DNA of 63,428 bases, the filler included, from Octopus bimaculoides (lineage: Eukaryota), in assembly GCF_001194135.2 (NCBI RefSeq). It is 6 parts of 6 records of this genome, joined end to end, with 100 filler letters (N's around TTAATTAATTAA, not from the genome) between each part and the next. Parts side by side here need not be neighbours in the genome. Positions count along the whole stretch, not along the records: positions 1 to 24,424 come from NC_068981.1; 5 more parts are not named here. One strand, given 5' to 3'. The translations under genes were made by a program, and so were the position numbers. Every line of letters starts with the position of its first letter. Position 1 is the first letter of the stretch. The notes under the pieces were generated by a model that was given only the letters and a program-made list of their open reading frames with translations, was not told the origin of the DNA and ran no database searches. Positions 1 through 12,239 of this stretch are shown piece by piece.

Positions 1-322
1 AGGCTAAAAATAAACTTATCATTGAAAAGAACTAACCAGCTATGAACCCAATTTTCTTCTTTTCTCTTTCCCATCGACACACACACGCACACACACACGC
101 ACACACACAGACACACACACCAAAACAAAATAACACACACTCACACACACACACACACTCTCTCTCTCTTGCACTTTTCCTCACCCTCTCTTACTATCCT
201 ATATCTCTCTCTCTCCACCCCTACACACTCAATAAAACTATATAAAGAGACCCTCGACAAAGTTTTCTCAAAACAATTTGAAAAACCTACACGACTAGGT
301 GAAAAGCGATTANNNNNNNNNN

Positions 323-359
<37 letters not shown>

Positions 360-1719
360 TAGTATTTGCAAGTGAAAATGGCTTTCGTCACTAATGAAAA
401 GCTCTTACTCACGAGTTCTTTGATACAGAATCTATACAGCGGATTTGCTCCCATCTCTCCGTTTTTCAAATTCCTTCTTCAGTGCTATTGTCCTTTTCTG
501 CCGTTTTAGCCATTTCCGGTAAGAGTTGTACAATATCCACCCTGAATGTTTTAAAGCCCATAGGAAATTTTCTGCTCCTCGACTACTAATTCTTGATAAA
601 AACCACATTACAGTTGAAAGTACTGGGGGGAGGGAATTTGAAAGTGAACATGTACCGTTGAATCTTTGGTTTGAAGACCGTTATTTCTGCTGTAATGACC
701 GGCCATATACTATTTAGCTATAATTAATTTTCATAGTCCATCTCAATTAAGTGATCAAGGTACATTTATTTACACACACATATGTGTCATGTGTGACTTA
801 GCTTTAGTTATATGCTCCACTCGCTCAAAATTTCTTATTAAGCTATTTCTTGTAACAACATACACAATTGCGAATCATATAACGTTCATTTTTACATGAA
901 TCTTTCGTTAACAGATGGTGTATATATACAATCTACACAATTCACATCAATTGTATGAACAGAAGACTTTAAGATATTCTCCAGTGGTGACATTTGAAAG
1001 GTCCAAAACATTGTAGCTTCACTGTGAGACACAAAAGACACACACATTTATATCCTTTGTATTCATAAACAACACGCGAGTAAAGACTCCACAGTTTTCA
1101 CAAATGCTATCTTTCACAAATATCTTAATACTTTCTGGAGACATTTGACGTTTATAAAACAGAAATGACTAAACACGAAAAGCCAGGTTTCTTGGTCAGA
1201 TCAGTTACTGACCTTTTCAAAGCACAATTGCGTCACATAATAATATAATGCTTTTGATAGTCAATACAAATTATGCAGTGTCTGTAGTCTTCTCCAGCCT
1301 GCCTAGACACTCTATTTAACTGTAATGCAGCTGTTACTTTATATAAATATTCTAACCATCATTTCTTCATAAGATATTTGTCTGTTCAGTTAATCTTCGT
1401 TCAACAACACTAAAATATCAAATGCTATGGAAGAAAGCTGGCTACATCGATGATCCAGTTTCTTGTCTTGTTATCCTTATAATGTTTCGAACTACTGGGC
1501 ACCTTACTAAGTAATGTAAAGTCCCCTAAAATTACTTCTCTCCCCCTGTTTTAAAGGCGACACCCACGACTTTAAAAAATCTAAGCTAATCATAGTAGAG
1601 TCCGCTCGAACGGACAGCCATGTTAAAGTGGCTATGAATATTGCTTGTCAATACTTTTATCTGTCCAAAAGAAATGTATAGTCATAAGATTTAGACTCAA
1701 TTCTGTGACGAGTTGTAGG

Positions 1720-1925
1720 ACTTACAAGTCCGGTGTTTAAGCCGGTTTCCATGTTCGTCGTAGGGTTAACTTCCCAAATATTGTTGGAATTCATTTAGAG
1801 TTGAGTGAACTGGAGAAATGCGAAATGAAGTGCATTGCTCAAGAACACGACTCGCCTCCTGGTCCAAGAATCGAAACTATAGTGTCATGGCCTTGAGTGC
1901 AATATTGTTACCACTTGGTCCCCAC
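1720..1925 (-). mobile_element. Degenerate family-2-type SINE
   Basis: Reverse complement of the central domain (gagtgaactggag...gctcaagaacac) plus the B-box region. Confidence 0.7.
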
Positions 1926-1992
1926 CACGATGTATAGCTTTAAACTAATCTTAATTTTTCTACTGACACGAATAATTGATGATATCAACATT
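1855..1992 (+). repeat. 138-bp direct repeat, copy 1
   Basis: Roughly 94-95% identical by eye to 4997-5134. Confidence 0.9.
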
Positions 1993-2530
1993 AAATAGGT
2001 TAAGCGCTTACATTCAGTTCCGTTGGATAACACCATACAACATCAGAGTTGCTGCAGCCATTTTACTTAGTTCAGCTGCGCACACACAGCTAAAATTTGG
2101 TTGAAAAATGATAGAAGCATCTGATAGTTTCTGCTTCATTGGTGTATTTTAAAAAACACAATCTATAGTTTTATTCCATATTTTGCTTAACACATTCAAA
2201 ACCATGTAAAGATAATAGATATTCGGAACAAAGCAAGGAAACAGGACGAATAATAATAATAGTCGAAACAGTCGTAAATATATACAGTCTTCTAATACAT
2301 AAGATTCTTTGTTGAATGATTCTGACAACTTCAGTTGGAACCCGAGGGAAAGCAGCAGATCTGCGTGTGTGGGCGGTGGGTCGGTGGGTCGGGGTGGGTG
2401 CGGCTGTGTCTATCTGTGTCTAGTAGTGTGTGTTATCGTTAGTTACCTGACGGAAGAAAGAAAATCATTGTCGTTGTAATGTGCAGCTAAAACTATATTA
2501 CCTACATATACATGCATTAATACATACAAA

Positions 2531-2533
<3 letters not shown>

Positions 2534-2582
<49 letters not shown>

Positions 2583-2963
2583 NNNNNNNNNNNNNNNNNN
2601 NNNNNNNNNNNNNNNNNNNNNNNNNNNNNNNNNNNNNNNNNNNNNNNNNNNNNNNNNNNNNNNNNNNNNNNNNNNNNNNNNNNNNNNNNNNNNNNNNNNN
2701 NNNNNNNNNNNNNNNNNNNNNNNNNNNNNNNNNNNNNNNNNNNNNNNNNNNNNNNNNNNNNNNNNNNNNNNNNNNNNNNNNNNNNNNNNNNNNNNNNNNN
2801 NNNNNNNNNNNNNNNNNNNNNNNNNNNNNNNNNNNNNNNNNNNNNNNNNNNNNNNNNNNNNNNNNNNNNNNNNNNNNNNNNNNNNNNNNNNNNNNNNNNN
2901 NNNNNNNNNNNNNNNNNNNNNNNNNNNNNNNNNNNNNNNNNNNNNNNNNNNNNNNNNNNNNNN

Positions 2964-3020
<57 letters not shown>

Positions 3021-3246
3021 GCATCTGCAGGCGTATATGTGTATGTGTGCACATTCTACGTCAAGCATTAGTTTAACATATGCTAAGCTTAGAGGAGAAA
3101 CCTTATTAATGCTTCTGTAATACAGAGTAAAGAAAAAGGTTTCTTTCATTGTGTCAAAGTCTTCCATAGTAAAGTAACAGACTTTTTCCAGTCTACCTCT
3201 TTTCCTCTCTTTTTCTCTCAATCACTGTCTCTCTCTCATTCAATCA

Positions 3247-3296
<50 letters not shown>

Positions 3297-3407
3297 GAAG
3301 CTTTTTCTTTCTGTCCGATTATCTCATTCTCTCTTTTTCCGTCTCTCTCTGCCTTTTTCTTTACCTATCTGTTTGTCTCTGTATCACTCACTCACTCACT
3401 CACTCAC

Positions 3408-3483
<76 letters not shown>

Positions 3484-3631
3484 NNNNNNNNNNNNNNNNN
3501 NNNNNNNNNNNNNNNNNNNNNNNNNNNNNNNNNNNNNNNNNNNNNNNNNNNNNNNNNNNNNNNNNNNNNNNNNNNNNNNNNNNNNNNNNNNNNNNNNNNN
3601 NNNNNNNNNNNNNNNNNNNNNNNNNNNNNNN

Positions 3632-3680
<49 letters not shown>

Positions 3681-4030
3681 GTATATCGAACGAAAAAATC
3701 ATACGTTCATACACGCATGTATACATAAATACTTATGTACATACATACATATATATTACATACGTACATATATACATACATTCATGCATGCATGGATATG
3801 TACGTACATAATACATACATTGATACATATATATATACATACACATACATACATATATTCATACATACATAAATGCATATATACATACATACGTACATAT
3901 ATACATTCATACTTACCTGCGTGCATGCATACATACATACACACATACATACATAAATGCATATATACATGCATACATACATACATACATACATACATAC
4001 ATACATACATACCTACCTGCATATATACAT
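2534..4030. repeat. Cluster of (CA)n, (TA)n, (CT)n and degenerate (TACA)n microsatellites with gaps
   Basis: Directly visible. Confidence 0.95.
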
Positions 4031-4309
4031 TAAGGTGTGCCTTTATAAGCAGTACAAGTACTTTCGTCATTTCTCTAATTTGTAATCGAATATCTTCGAA
4101 CAGATATAGAATGTCTTTCTAACAATCTCCCTTAGGTAGAAAATAGCGGAGTGGCCTGACCTGGTTTCGATACTAATTCTCAGTATTGGCTAAAGTACTT
4201 CTTAGTGGACCAATAATTGAATTACTGTGAAGTCAACAAAAGACACTATTTATGCAAATCGAATTAACCGATTTTGTGGAGCCATAATATTTACTAGCTT
4301 ATAAATAGT

Positions 4310-4621
4310 GGTGTGAAAGTGCACGGCTTAGTGGTTAGGATTTTCGGTTAACGATCATAAGATCAGGAGTTCGATTCCCAGTGGCGCATTGTGCCCTTGA
4401 ACAAGTTACTTTATTTCACATTGCTCCAGTCTACTTAGCTGGCAAAGTGAGATGTACCTGTATTTCAAAAGAGCCAGCCTTGGCACATTCTGTGTTACGT
4501 TAAACCTCCCCGAGAACTACGTTTGTGGAGTACTCAGCCACATGCACGTTAATTTCATGAGCACGCTTCCCGTTCATCGGGTCAACTGGAGCACTCAGCG
4601 TCGTAACCGACGGAGTGCCAG
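4310..4621 (+). mobile_element. Chimeric SINE: family-2 head and central domain with family-1 body and tail
   Basis: The 5' half matches the 23297 copy; from tgtacctgtatttcaaa onward it matches the 9762 copy. Confidence 0.8.
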
Positions 4622-4996
4622 TTAAATGATGGTGGATTTCGTCGTTCGGCAATGAAAATTCAGTTGTTCGATCAGATGAATTACCTGTCTCTGAATTAAG
4701 TGAAGTAAATAGCTGAGTATTCCATCGATTCATGTAACATTAACGTAATTCGTATGAAAAAGCAGCGTGATACGGCGTGTGACAAGGCTGTATCTTTTGA
4801 ACTACAGGTAAGAACCATTCGACAGGATTCTACACAGTTTCTGCATACAAAATTTAACTTATAAAAATGGGTCATCAGAAAGTGACATTTTGCCGAAGAT
4901 GTGACGCATCGGGACCGAGCCAGGACCACGTAGTTGGGAACCGAACTTCATAAATATTCGGCCATACTATACCTAATAATTTAAAATAAAGTTGAA

Positions 4997-5134
4997 CCTC
5001 CTGGTCCGAGAATCGAAACTATAGTGTCATGACCTTGAATGCAATATTGTTACCACTTGGTCCCCACCATGATGTATAGCTTTAAACTACTCCTAATTCT
5101 TCTACTGACACGAATAATTGATGATATCAACATT
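4997..5134 (+). repeat. 138-bp direct repeat, copy 2
   Basis: Same length as, and colinear with, 1855-1992. Confidence 0.9.
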
Positions 5135-5542
5135 TAATTCGTTCCTGAAGGCCGTTCGTTAACCGAGACGTTCGTAAACCGAAACTATTTTTCTCAGGAA
5201 ATTCAAGAGAAAGTACAGCAAATCCAAGCAGGGATGTGCACAGAGCGAATGGTGGACGGTAACTGACTATCTCCTCCCATTTATATTCACAGCTTGACGA
5301 CAATTATTGTTTCCGGCTTGCGTGTTGGCTACTCGAAACATCGAGTCACCCTAGACGTTTTACATTCGAAAAATTATTTGTGGAATAAACGAACCACAAA
5401 CCTGGACTCAACGTGAAAACGTATATCAATATACCAATTTTGAAAATTTTCACACACACACACACACGTTAATGTTTGTTCTTCGGTTCAGCTATAATAA
5501 AAACAATATTACGTAATATTGTAGAGTAAAAATTTATAGTCC

Positions 5543-5606
5543 TTAGACAAGAATATTATTGACAGGCCAAAACTTCGAAGTCACTGTCAATAATATTCTT
5601 GTTTAA
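5543..5606. repeat. 23-bp inverted repeat with 18-nt spacer
   Basis: ttagacaagaatattattgacag ... ctgtcaataatattcttgtttaa; 22/23 Watson-Crick pairs plus one G.T. Confidence 0.95.
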
Positions 5607-6489
5607 GAGTTAAATATATATAAATGCATACATGCGTGCGTGTATATGTGGTTGTGAGCGTGCTGAATCGATGGTATTATTGTAAAAAGATACCTCGAGC
5701 TAGTTGATTACAACAGACAGAGAACATAAGAGAATAATAGTACGAGAAGAGAAGACGATATGGATATTCACTGGCTGCTTTCAAAGTGTCTGCTTGCTTC
5801 CGATAATCTATATGTACGTGAGGGTCATTTTATGCCTCGTAGTAGTAGAAACCAAACGACTGTAGTGTGGATATCGAACTGGTCTCGGCTTCTAATAAGC
5901 TGCAGGAGTTTTGTTGCGAGTTTGAACAGTGCAGTCGATTCTACACGTCCCAGTTTAATTAAGTGACGTGCGTAATTATTAGAATCTATGGGTTCGTTAC
6001 CAGAGGCCATCGTTCTCCAGCAAGTATTTATTTCTCAACTATTTTTAGTGACATATGTGTTGCAAAAAATATGCAAAAATGCTAAGCATTAGTACTTGTG
6101 AATCTGTTCAGTATTAGAAGACATTACACTACGTTTTGTGGTATCGTTTCATTTCATTTCATTATTATTATTATTATTATTTTTACCAAGGTGGCCCATT
6201 GAAAGTTCGCATAGCGGAATAAACTCCGGTGTCGTGATAAAAAATACTATCCATAGGTCTGCCAGAAATGAGTCTGTCTTGAAACTCTAACGTCTCTTGT
6301 AGCATATATGGACGCACGCGCATATCAAATGACACAAGTATGGAACATTTATATTCAGGACTCTGAGTTTCTGTGCTAATAATTCAATGACTGTTGCATT
6401 TCATTAGCTTATGCAATCTTGATGATAATTTCAGTATGCTTATGCTTAATATATACACGACTCACATGTGTGTTTCTCTCTCTCTCTCT

Positions 6490-6529
<40 letters not shown>

Positions 6530-7020
6530 GTGCATATGTATGTGTGTGTGTGCATATATATATTTTTCTATATATGTGTTTGTTTTTATATGCATGTTTT
6601 TCACTTTGCAAACGTTTTTATGTATTCTTTACCAACGTAAGACTCCATGAGTTAATTTACAATCAGCAAGTTTATTTTGACTCGTTGAAACTTTGGAGAG
6701 CGCCTAGTCAAGTTCATAACATTGTGAAGGCCTTCAGAAGGCATAAAAACTGCCTATAAGAGAAGAAAAATCTGCAATGAAATAAACAATATTTTAATAA
6801 ATGAATTATCTTTTCAATATTCTAATAAATTAATTATTCCTTTTGATATTATCATAAATTAATTATGATTTCTTATCATAAAGGAAAATATAACTCGGTA
6901 AGAGGATAATTTAAGATAATCGTTAAGTAGTCCTATTGATTTTAGTATTCCTGTTCGATTTCGATAGAAGCTGCCCTTGTACGTCAGAACAAAAACACCG
7001 TTTAAGGAAAGTAAATGGAA

Positions 7021-7671
7021 TATTCCCTCGCTATATTGCGGTTCATTTATCGCGGTTTATTATTTAAGCTTACGTTGATTGTGGTGTTTTGCATTTATAA
7101 TAAAATAAATATATACAAATTATAAAGATAATAAAAAAAATTGCTTTCCAACCACATGGTTCCGGGTTCAGTCCCACTGCGTGGCACCTTGGGCAAGTGT
7201 CTTCTACTATAGCCTCGGACCGACCAAAGCCTTGTGAGTGGATTTGGTAGACGGAAACTGAAAGAAACCCGTCGTGTATATGTGTATATATATATATATA
7301 TNNNNNNNNNNNNNNNNNNNNNNNNNNNNNNNNNNNNNNNNNNNNNNNNNNNNNNNNNNNNNNNNNNNNNNNNNNNNNNNNNNNNNNNNNNNNNNNGCTT
7401 GACAACCGATGCTGGTGTGTTTACGTCCCCGTAACTTAGCGGTTCGGCAAAAAGAGACCGATAGAATAAGTACTAGGCTTACAAAGAATAAGTCCTGGGG
7501 TCGATTTTCTCGACTAAAGGCGGTGCTCCAGCATGGCCGCAGTCAAATGACTGAAACAAGTAAGAGAGTAAAAAAAGAGTAAAAGAGTACAGTACTGTTT
7601 CTACTTCGCGGATTTTCATCTATCGCGTGGGGTTTTGGAGCGTAACACACGCGATAGTCGAGAGATTACTG
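7021..7671. mobile_element. pogo/Tigger-like non-autonomous element interrupted by a SINE
   Basis: Right end cgcgatagtcgagagattactg + TA; partial left end tattccctcgctatattgcggttcatttatcgcgg. Confidence 0.55.
7139..7575 (+). mobile_element. SINE family 3 (head, internal microsatellite, CR1-like tail)
   Basis: ggttccgggttcagtcccactgcgtggcacc head, (TA)n plus gap, tail ggcggtgctccagcatggccgcagtcaaatgactgaaacaagtaa. Confidence 0.9.
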
Positions 7672-7704
7672 TACGCGTTTGTGTTATTGTATTCTGATTT
7701 TTAT

Positions 7705-7900
7705 CTTTTATCGTGTTTTTAGTCATGGAACAGCGATCATGCTGGAGCACCGCCTTGAAGGATTCAGTCTTAAAAATCGACCTCAGTACTTATTTTCAAG
7801 CGCAATACCTATTCCATTGGTTTTTTTTTTACCCGAACCGCTAAATTACGGGATGTAAACAAACCGACACAGGTTATGGGTAGGGCGGAAAACACAAACA
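7705..7900 (-). mobile_element. SINE family 3 tail fragment
   Basis: Reverse complement of the 7396-7575 tail. Confidence 0.75.
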
Positions 7901-8050
7901 CAAGGACACACACATAGATATGTACATACATGATGAGTATCCACTCGTGACCGAGGAAGACTGTCACTGGCCATATATAAATACATACATACATACATAC
8001 ATACATACATACGTACGTACATACATACAAATGTACATGCACGAGCAGCC

Positions 8051-8097
8051 ATCACTGACGATGTTTACGGTATAGACGAAACTAGGCCTAGTCTGGT
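8051..8097 (+). ncRNA. Type I hammerhead ribozyme fold
   Basis: Helix I atca/tggt; core CUGACGA; extra U; helix II gttta/tagac; GAA; helix III ACUAGGCCUAGU (perfect palindrome); GUC cleavage site at 8093|8094. Confidence 0.8.
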
Positions 8098-8803
8098 TGA
8101 TCCACGACACGGTCATGGAATGGTTACCTCTCCTATCAGTATATGAGTATTAAGAGTATTTTAACTCTTATTTCTAGCAATGTAGGTGTTTCGGCACCAT
8201 TAGTCATACTTAATGAAGATTGAAGTTTTCCTTTATGGTATTACATTGCGCCTAGCTGTTTATATTAATTTTTACTATATACATGCATATATANNNNNNN
8301 NNNNNNNNNNNNNNNNNNNNNNNNNNNNNNNNNNNNNNNNNNNNNNNNNNNNNNNNNNNNNNNNNNNNNNNNNNNNNNNNNNNNNNNNNNNNNNNNNNNN
8401 NNNNNNNNNNNNNNNNNNNNNNNNNNNNNNNNNNNNNNNNNNNNNNNNNNNNNNNNNNNNNNNNNNNNNNNNNNNNNNNNNNNNNNNNNNNNNNNNNNNN
8501 NNNNNNNNNNNNNNNNNNNNNNNNNNNNNNNNNNNNNNNNNNNNNNNNNNNNNNNNNNNNNNNNNNNNNNNNNNNNNNNNNNNNNNNNNNNNNNNNNNNN
8601 NNNNNNNNNNNNNNNNNNNNNNNNNNNNNNNNNNNNNNNNNNNNNNNNNNNNNNNNNNNNNNNNNNNNNNNNNNNNNNNNNNNNNNNNNNNNNNNNNNNN
8701 NNNNNNNNNNNNNNNNNNNNNNNNNNNNNNNNNNNNNNNNNNNNNNNNNNNNNNNNNNNNNNNNNNNNNNNNNNNNNNNNNNNNNNNNNNNNNNNNNNNN
8801 NNN

Positions 8804-8834
<31 letters not shown>

Positions 8835-9761
8835 TATAAATATATATGTCAGGTGATTAACTCATTGAGGAGAAAAAGGGCCAATTAAAAAAATTAAAAA
8901 TAAAAGCAACAAAACAAACTAAAACCTCATTTACAACACTCTAAAGATTATTATAATCTGAGATTAATGCATCTTTTGGGAGTTAAGAAATCCTTTTAAG
9001 TCGAATTACTTTGATGCAAATTTTATGTCGCTGAGAGCCAAGTCCAAGAATATTTCACTGGAGACATTTTATCTTGCATGTGTTACACGAGAACATCGCG
9101 TTCCGCCTTTTTGTTATGTGGATAAGAGCTGACACTTTTTTTTATTCGCAGAGGAATAATAATTAGCAATTATACTATTAGAATATTAGAGACTTATCAT
9201 TGTTTATTGTGGTCGATATTGTTTCTGATTGAAGAACCAATTACTGCTAACATTAGTGTTGCAACTGGTAATTGCAGCTGGTAACTCTTTTGTGAAGTAT
9301 ACAGGTGATTTTTGTTGTTAGAACGGTTTGGAGTACGTACAAGCTTGATATATTAGCAAATAGTTCGATATAACTTTGCAGGAAAATATAATTACCTTCA
9401 ACCGGAAATAACTAGTTTGATCGGTTAGTAGCCATTCATCTCACAACATATAGTGTTCAATCAAATATTGGTTGTTTTGTTTCATCGTATGTAATTATTT
9501 TTTTTTTCTTTACTCCCAAATGATCTGATAACAACTACTTATATCTTCAAATTATTTATACTTACTTAGGTGTGTCGGACGACATAAGAGGCCGTCAAAG
9601 TATCCAGCACAATGGCTCAGCAGTTATCCTACGAACGCTGCCCCGTCTGCTGCGATGCTTTTGCTCTTTGAGCTGTTTTCATAGCTTCAGGTTTTTCTGG
9701 GAACAGGATACTAAGCCGAAGCCCAGCCACTTGCATTTAGGTAAGAGACTATAGTTGCATC

Positions 9762-10145
9762 GTGGAGACGCAATAGCCCAGTGGTTAGGGCAGCGGACTC
9801 GCGGTCATAGGATCGCGGTTTCGATTCCCAGACCGGGCGTTGTGATTGTTTATTGAGCGAAAACACCTGAAGCTCCACGAGGCTCCAGCAGGGGATGGTG
9901 GCGAACCCTGCTGTACTCTTTCACCACGACTTTCTCTCACTCTTACTTCCTGTTTCTGTTGTACCTGTATTTTCAAAGGGGCCAGCCTTGTCACACTGGG
10001 TCACGCTGAATATCCCCGAGAACTACGTTAAGGGTACACGTGTCTGTGGAGTGCTCAGCCATTTGCACGCTAGTTTCACGAGCAGGCTGTTCCGTTGATC
10101 GGATCAACTGGAACCCTCGACGTCGTAAGCGACGGAGTGCCAACA
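9762..10145 (+). mobile_element. tRNA-derived SINE family 1, full length with TSD
   Basis: A box TAGCCCAGTGG, B box GGTTTCGATTCC, 3' stem-loop and caacaa tail; perfect 11-bp TSD ATAGTTGCATC (9751-9761 and 10146-10156). Confidence 0.95.
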
Positions 10146-12188
10146 ATAGTTGCATCTCCTACTGGTTAGCCAAAGTCCACAATGTACTGGGTTGCCTTCA
10201 GTCACAGACACCTGGTCGTTGGTCTTCTTGAGGCTCCTCCCCACTGGCTGTTGGCCGTTCTACCGACTTCGTAGCGCTGCTGCAGTGTTAACACTCAGCT
10301 CATCGTGTGCTTAAGCCCGCCAAGTGAGGCGGTGTACCGCGGTTTGGCACTTGGAGCCAGCACATAAAACATTTTGTGGATCAGATAGCTAGTGATGCCC
10401 GTCCACCCTACTAAATAAGGAGCAGCATGTTAGATACCTAAGATACTATCGCTGCACAGACCCCGCCTTTATCCCTAATGATTTTTACCAAGCATGTAAT
10501 TAATTTTTTTCCCGCCTTCAAATTAAACATTTGCTTTACATTTTGTGTTTCTAGAATACGCTACGAAAATGTATCTTTGAATTGCATACACTTTCATCAT
10601 AACCAACCGTTGTTGTCCATTACTAAAAACACAAACATTTATCCCCCCCTGAATGGACTTTTACAACATCTGCTCCATACTTAACGATAGTACTGTTCTT
10701 GAAAACTCCATCGTTTCAAGGTATTTAAAGCTACACTAATATCGTTAATTCAGTTAATTATATTATTATTATTTTATTTGTATTTAGTGATGTATAAATT
10801 ATAATAGAATAGCAAACACCTTTTCACTCTTTTAAACGGTGTTTTTGTTCTGATGTACAAAGCTTTGCCTATTTCACACAAAATATTCTGTGCAACTCTT
10901 ATAAATATATAATAAAATGTTACTTCTCCCCTAAAATAAAAGATAAAAAAAAAAATCAAAATCTATTTTTGGACAATTGAGCCTCTGACCTTCTGTAAAA
11001 ACTTATCAGACGTAAAAAGTGCGATCAATCGGTCATAAAAACACAACCGATCGAATGAAAATAATTTCCTTATAGATTCTTTTCTCCTTTTCATAACTTT
11101 TATTCTTCTTTCCTAATTAGCACGATCATACAAACTATGTCTATTGTATTACTTGATTGCTATAATAATTGATTAATGTTCGATTAATGTCATTTGTTGG
11201 CTAAATACAATTAGTTACAGCAGCAAATTATGAGCATTTGTATTTTGGATGGAGTTTTATTTAGTACAGCTCTTAATATCGTATAACAATTAAAACCTAT
11301 AACGTAGTCTGTTGCTATAACTTACTCATTGTATAAGACCGACTATTATAATCTGTTAGTTAAGGCTAACTAATTACGGTATTACGAATTTGATTGTAAT
11401 GTAGTTATTAATAAAAAATATAACCGAGTTTTATATGTTGAGTATATTCGCAACAGACAGTTCCTTATAAACTAAAAAAACATGTCAACAAACTGTGTTA
11501 AAAAAAACAAACTTTTTACTGTTCCATAACATCGCTAGACTTACCACCCTTTATAGATGTAGGTAGATTGAGTTTATACGTGGTTGAACCTTAGAAAAAC
11601 GGTGTACTTTGTATTTGTATGATTGGCAAGAAAAGGGGTTTAGCTTATTAAAATTGAATAATAATAATTGTAAGAAAACTCGAATAGTTCAATGTATTAA
11701 TATTATGTAAAAACCTATCAATCCAAGTCATACCATCTTTTTTCTTACAATAAATTTATACTTATTTCCTTTAATCGACAGTAAGTTTAGAAATGCATTA
11801 AATTCTATGTATTTCAAGAATATTTCCTACGTGCACATTTACATTTAACACTATGTATGTATGTATGTATGAATGTATCAATATATATATATATATATAT
11901 ATATATANNNNNNNNNNNNNNNNNNNNNNNNNNNNNNNNNNNNNNNNNNNNNNNNNNNNNNNNNNNNNNNNNNNNNNNNNNNNNNNNNNNNNNNNNNNNN
12001 NNNNNNNNNNNNNNNNNNNNNNNNNNNNNNNNNNNNNNNNNNNNNNNNNNNNNNNNNNNNNNNNNNNNNNNNNNNNNNNNNNNNNNNNNNNNNNNNNNNN
12101 NNNNNNNNNNNNNNNNNNNNNNNNNNNNNNNNNNNNNNNNNNNNNNNNNNNNNNNNNNNNNNNNNNNNNNNNNNNNNNNNNNNNNNNN

Positions 12189-12234
<46 letters not shown>

Positions 12235-12239
12235 TCTTG

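Noticed and set aside
1872-1892. GAAACTATAGTG, a hammerhead-like palindromic helix III (also ~5015)
   Set aside because: There is no CUGANGA core upstream, the residue at the cleavage position is G, and it lies in a SINE head.
2235-2282. AGGACGA...GAAACAGTCGTA motif
   Set aside because: The core and helices are too degenerate to call.
4150-4210. Minus-strand GAAACCAGGTC with an upstream CTAAGAAG
   Set aside because: The core is mutated and helix I is absent. It may be a very decayed hammerhead, but it is not supportable.
5290-5352. TTGACGA...GAAACATCGAGTC hammerhead-like motif
   Set aside because: Helices I and II do not form.
9762-9835. tRNA-like sequences (also at 21935, 23297, 28513, 44107)
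   Set aside because: These are SINE heads: they have A/B boxes but continue into repeat bodies, some with TSDs, and lack a proper acceptor stem.
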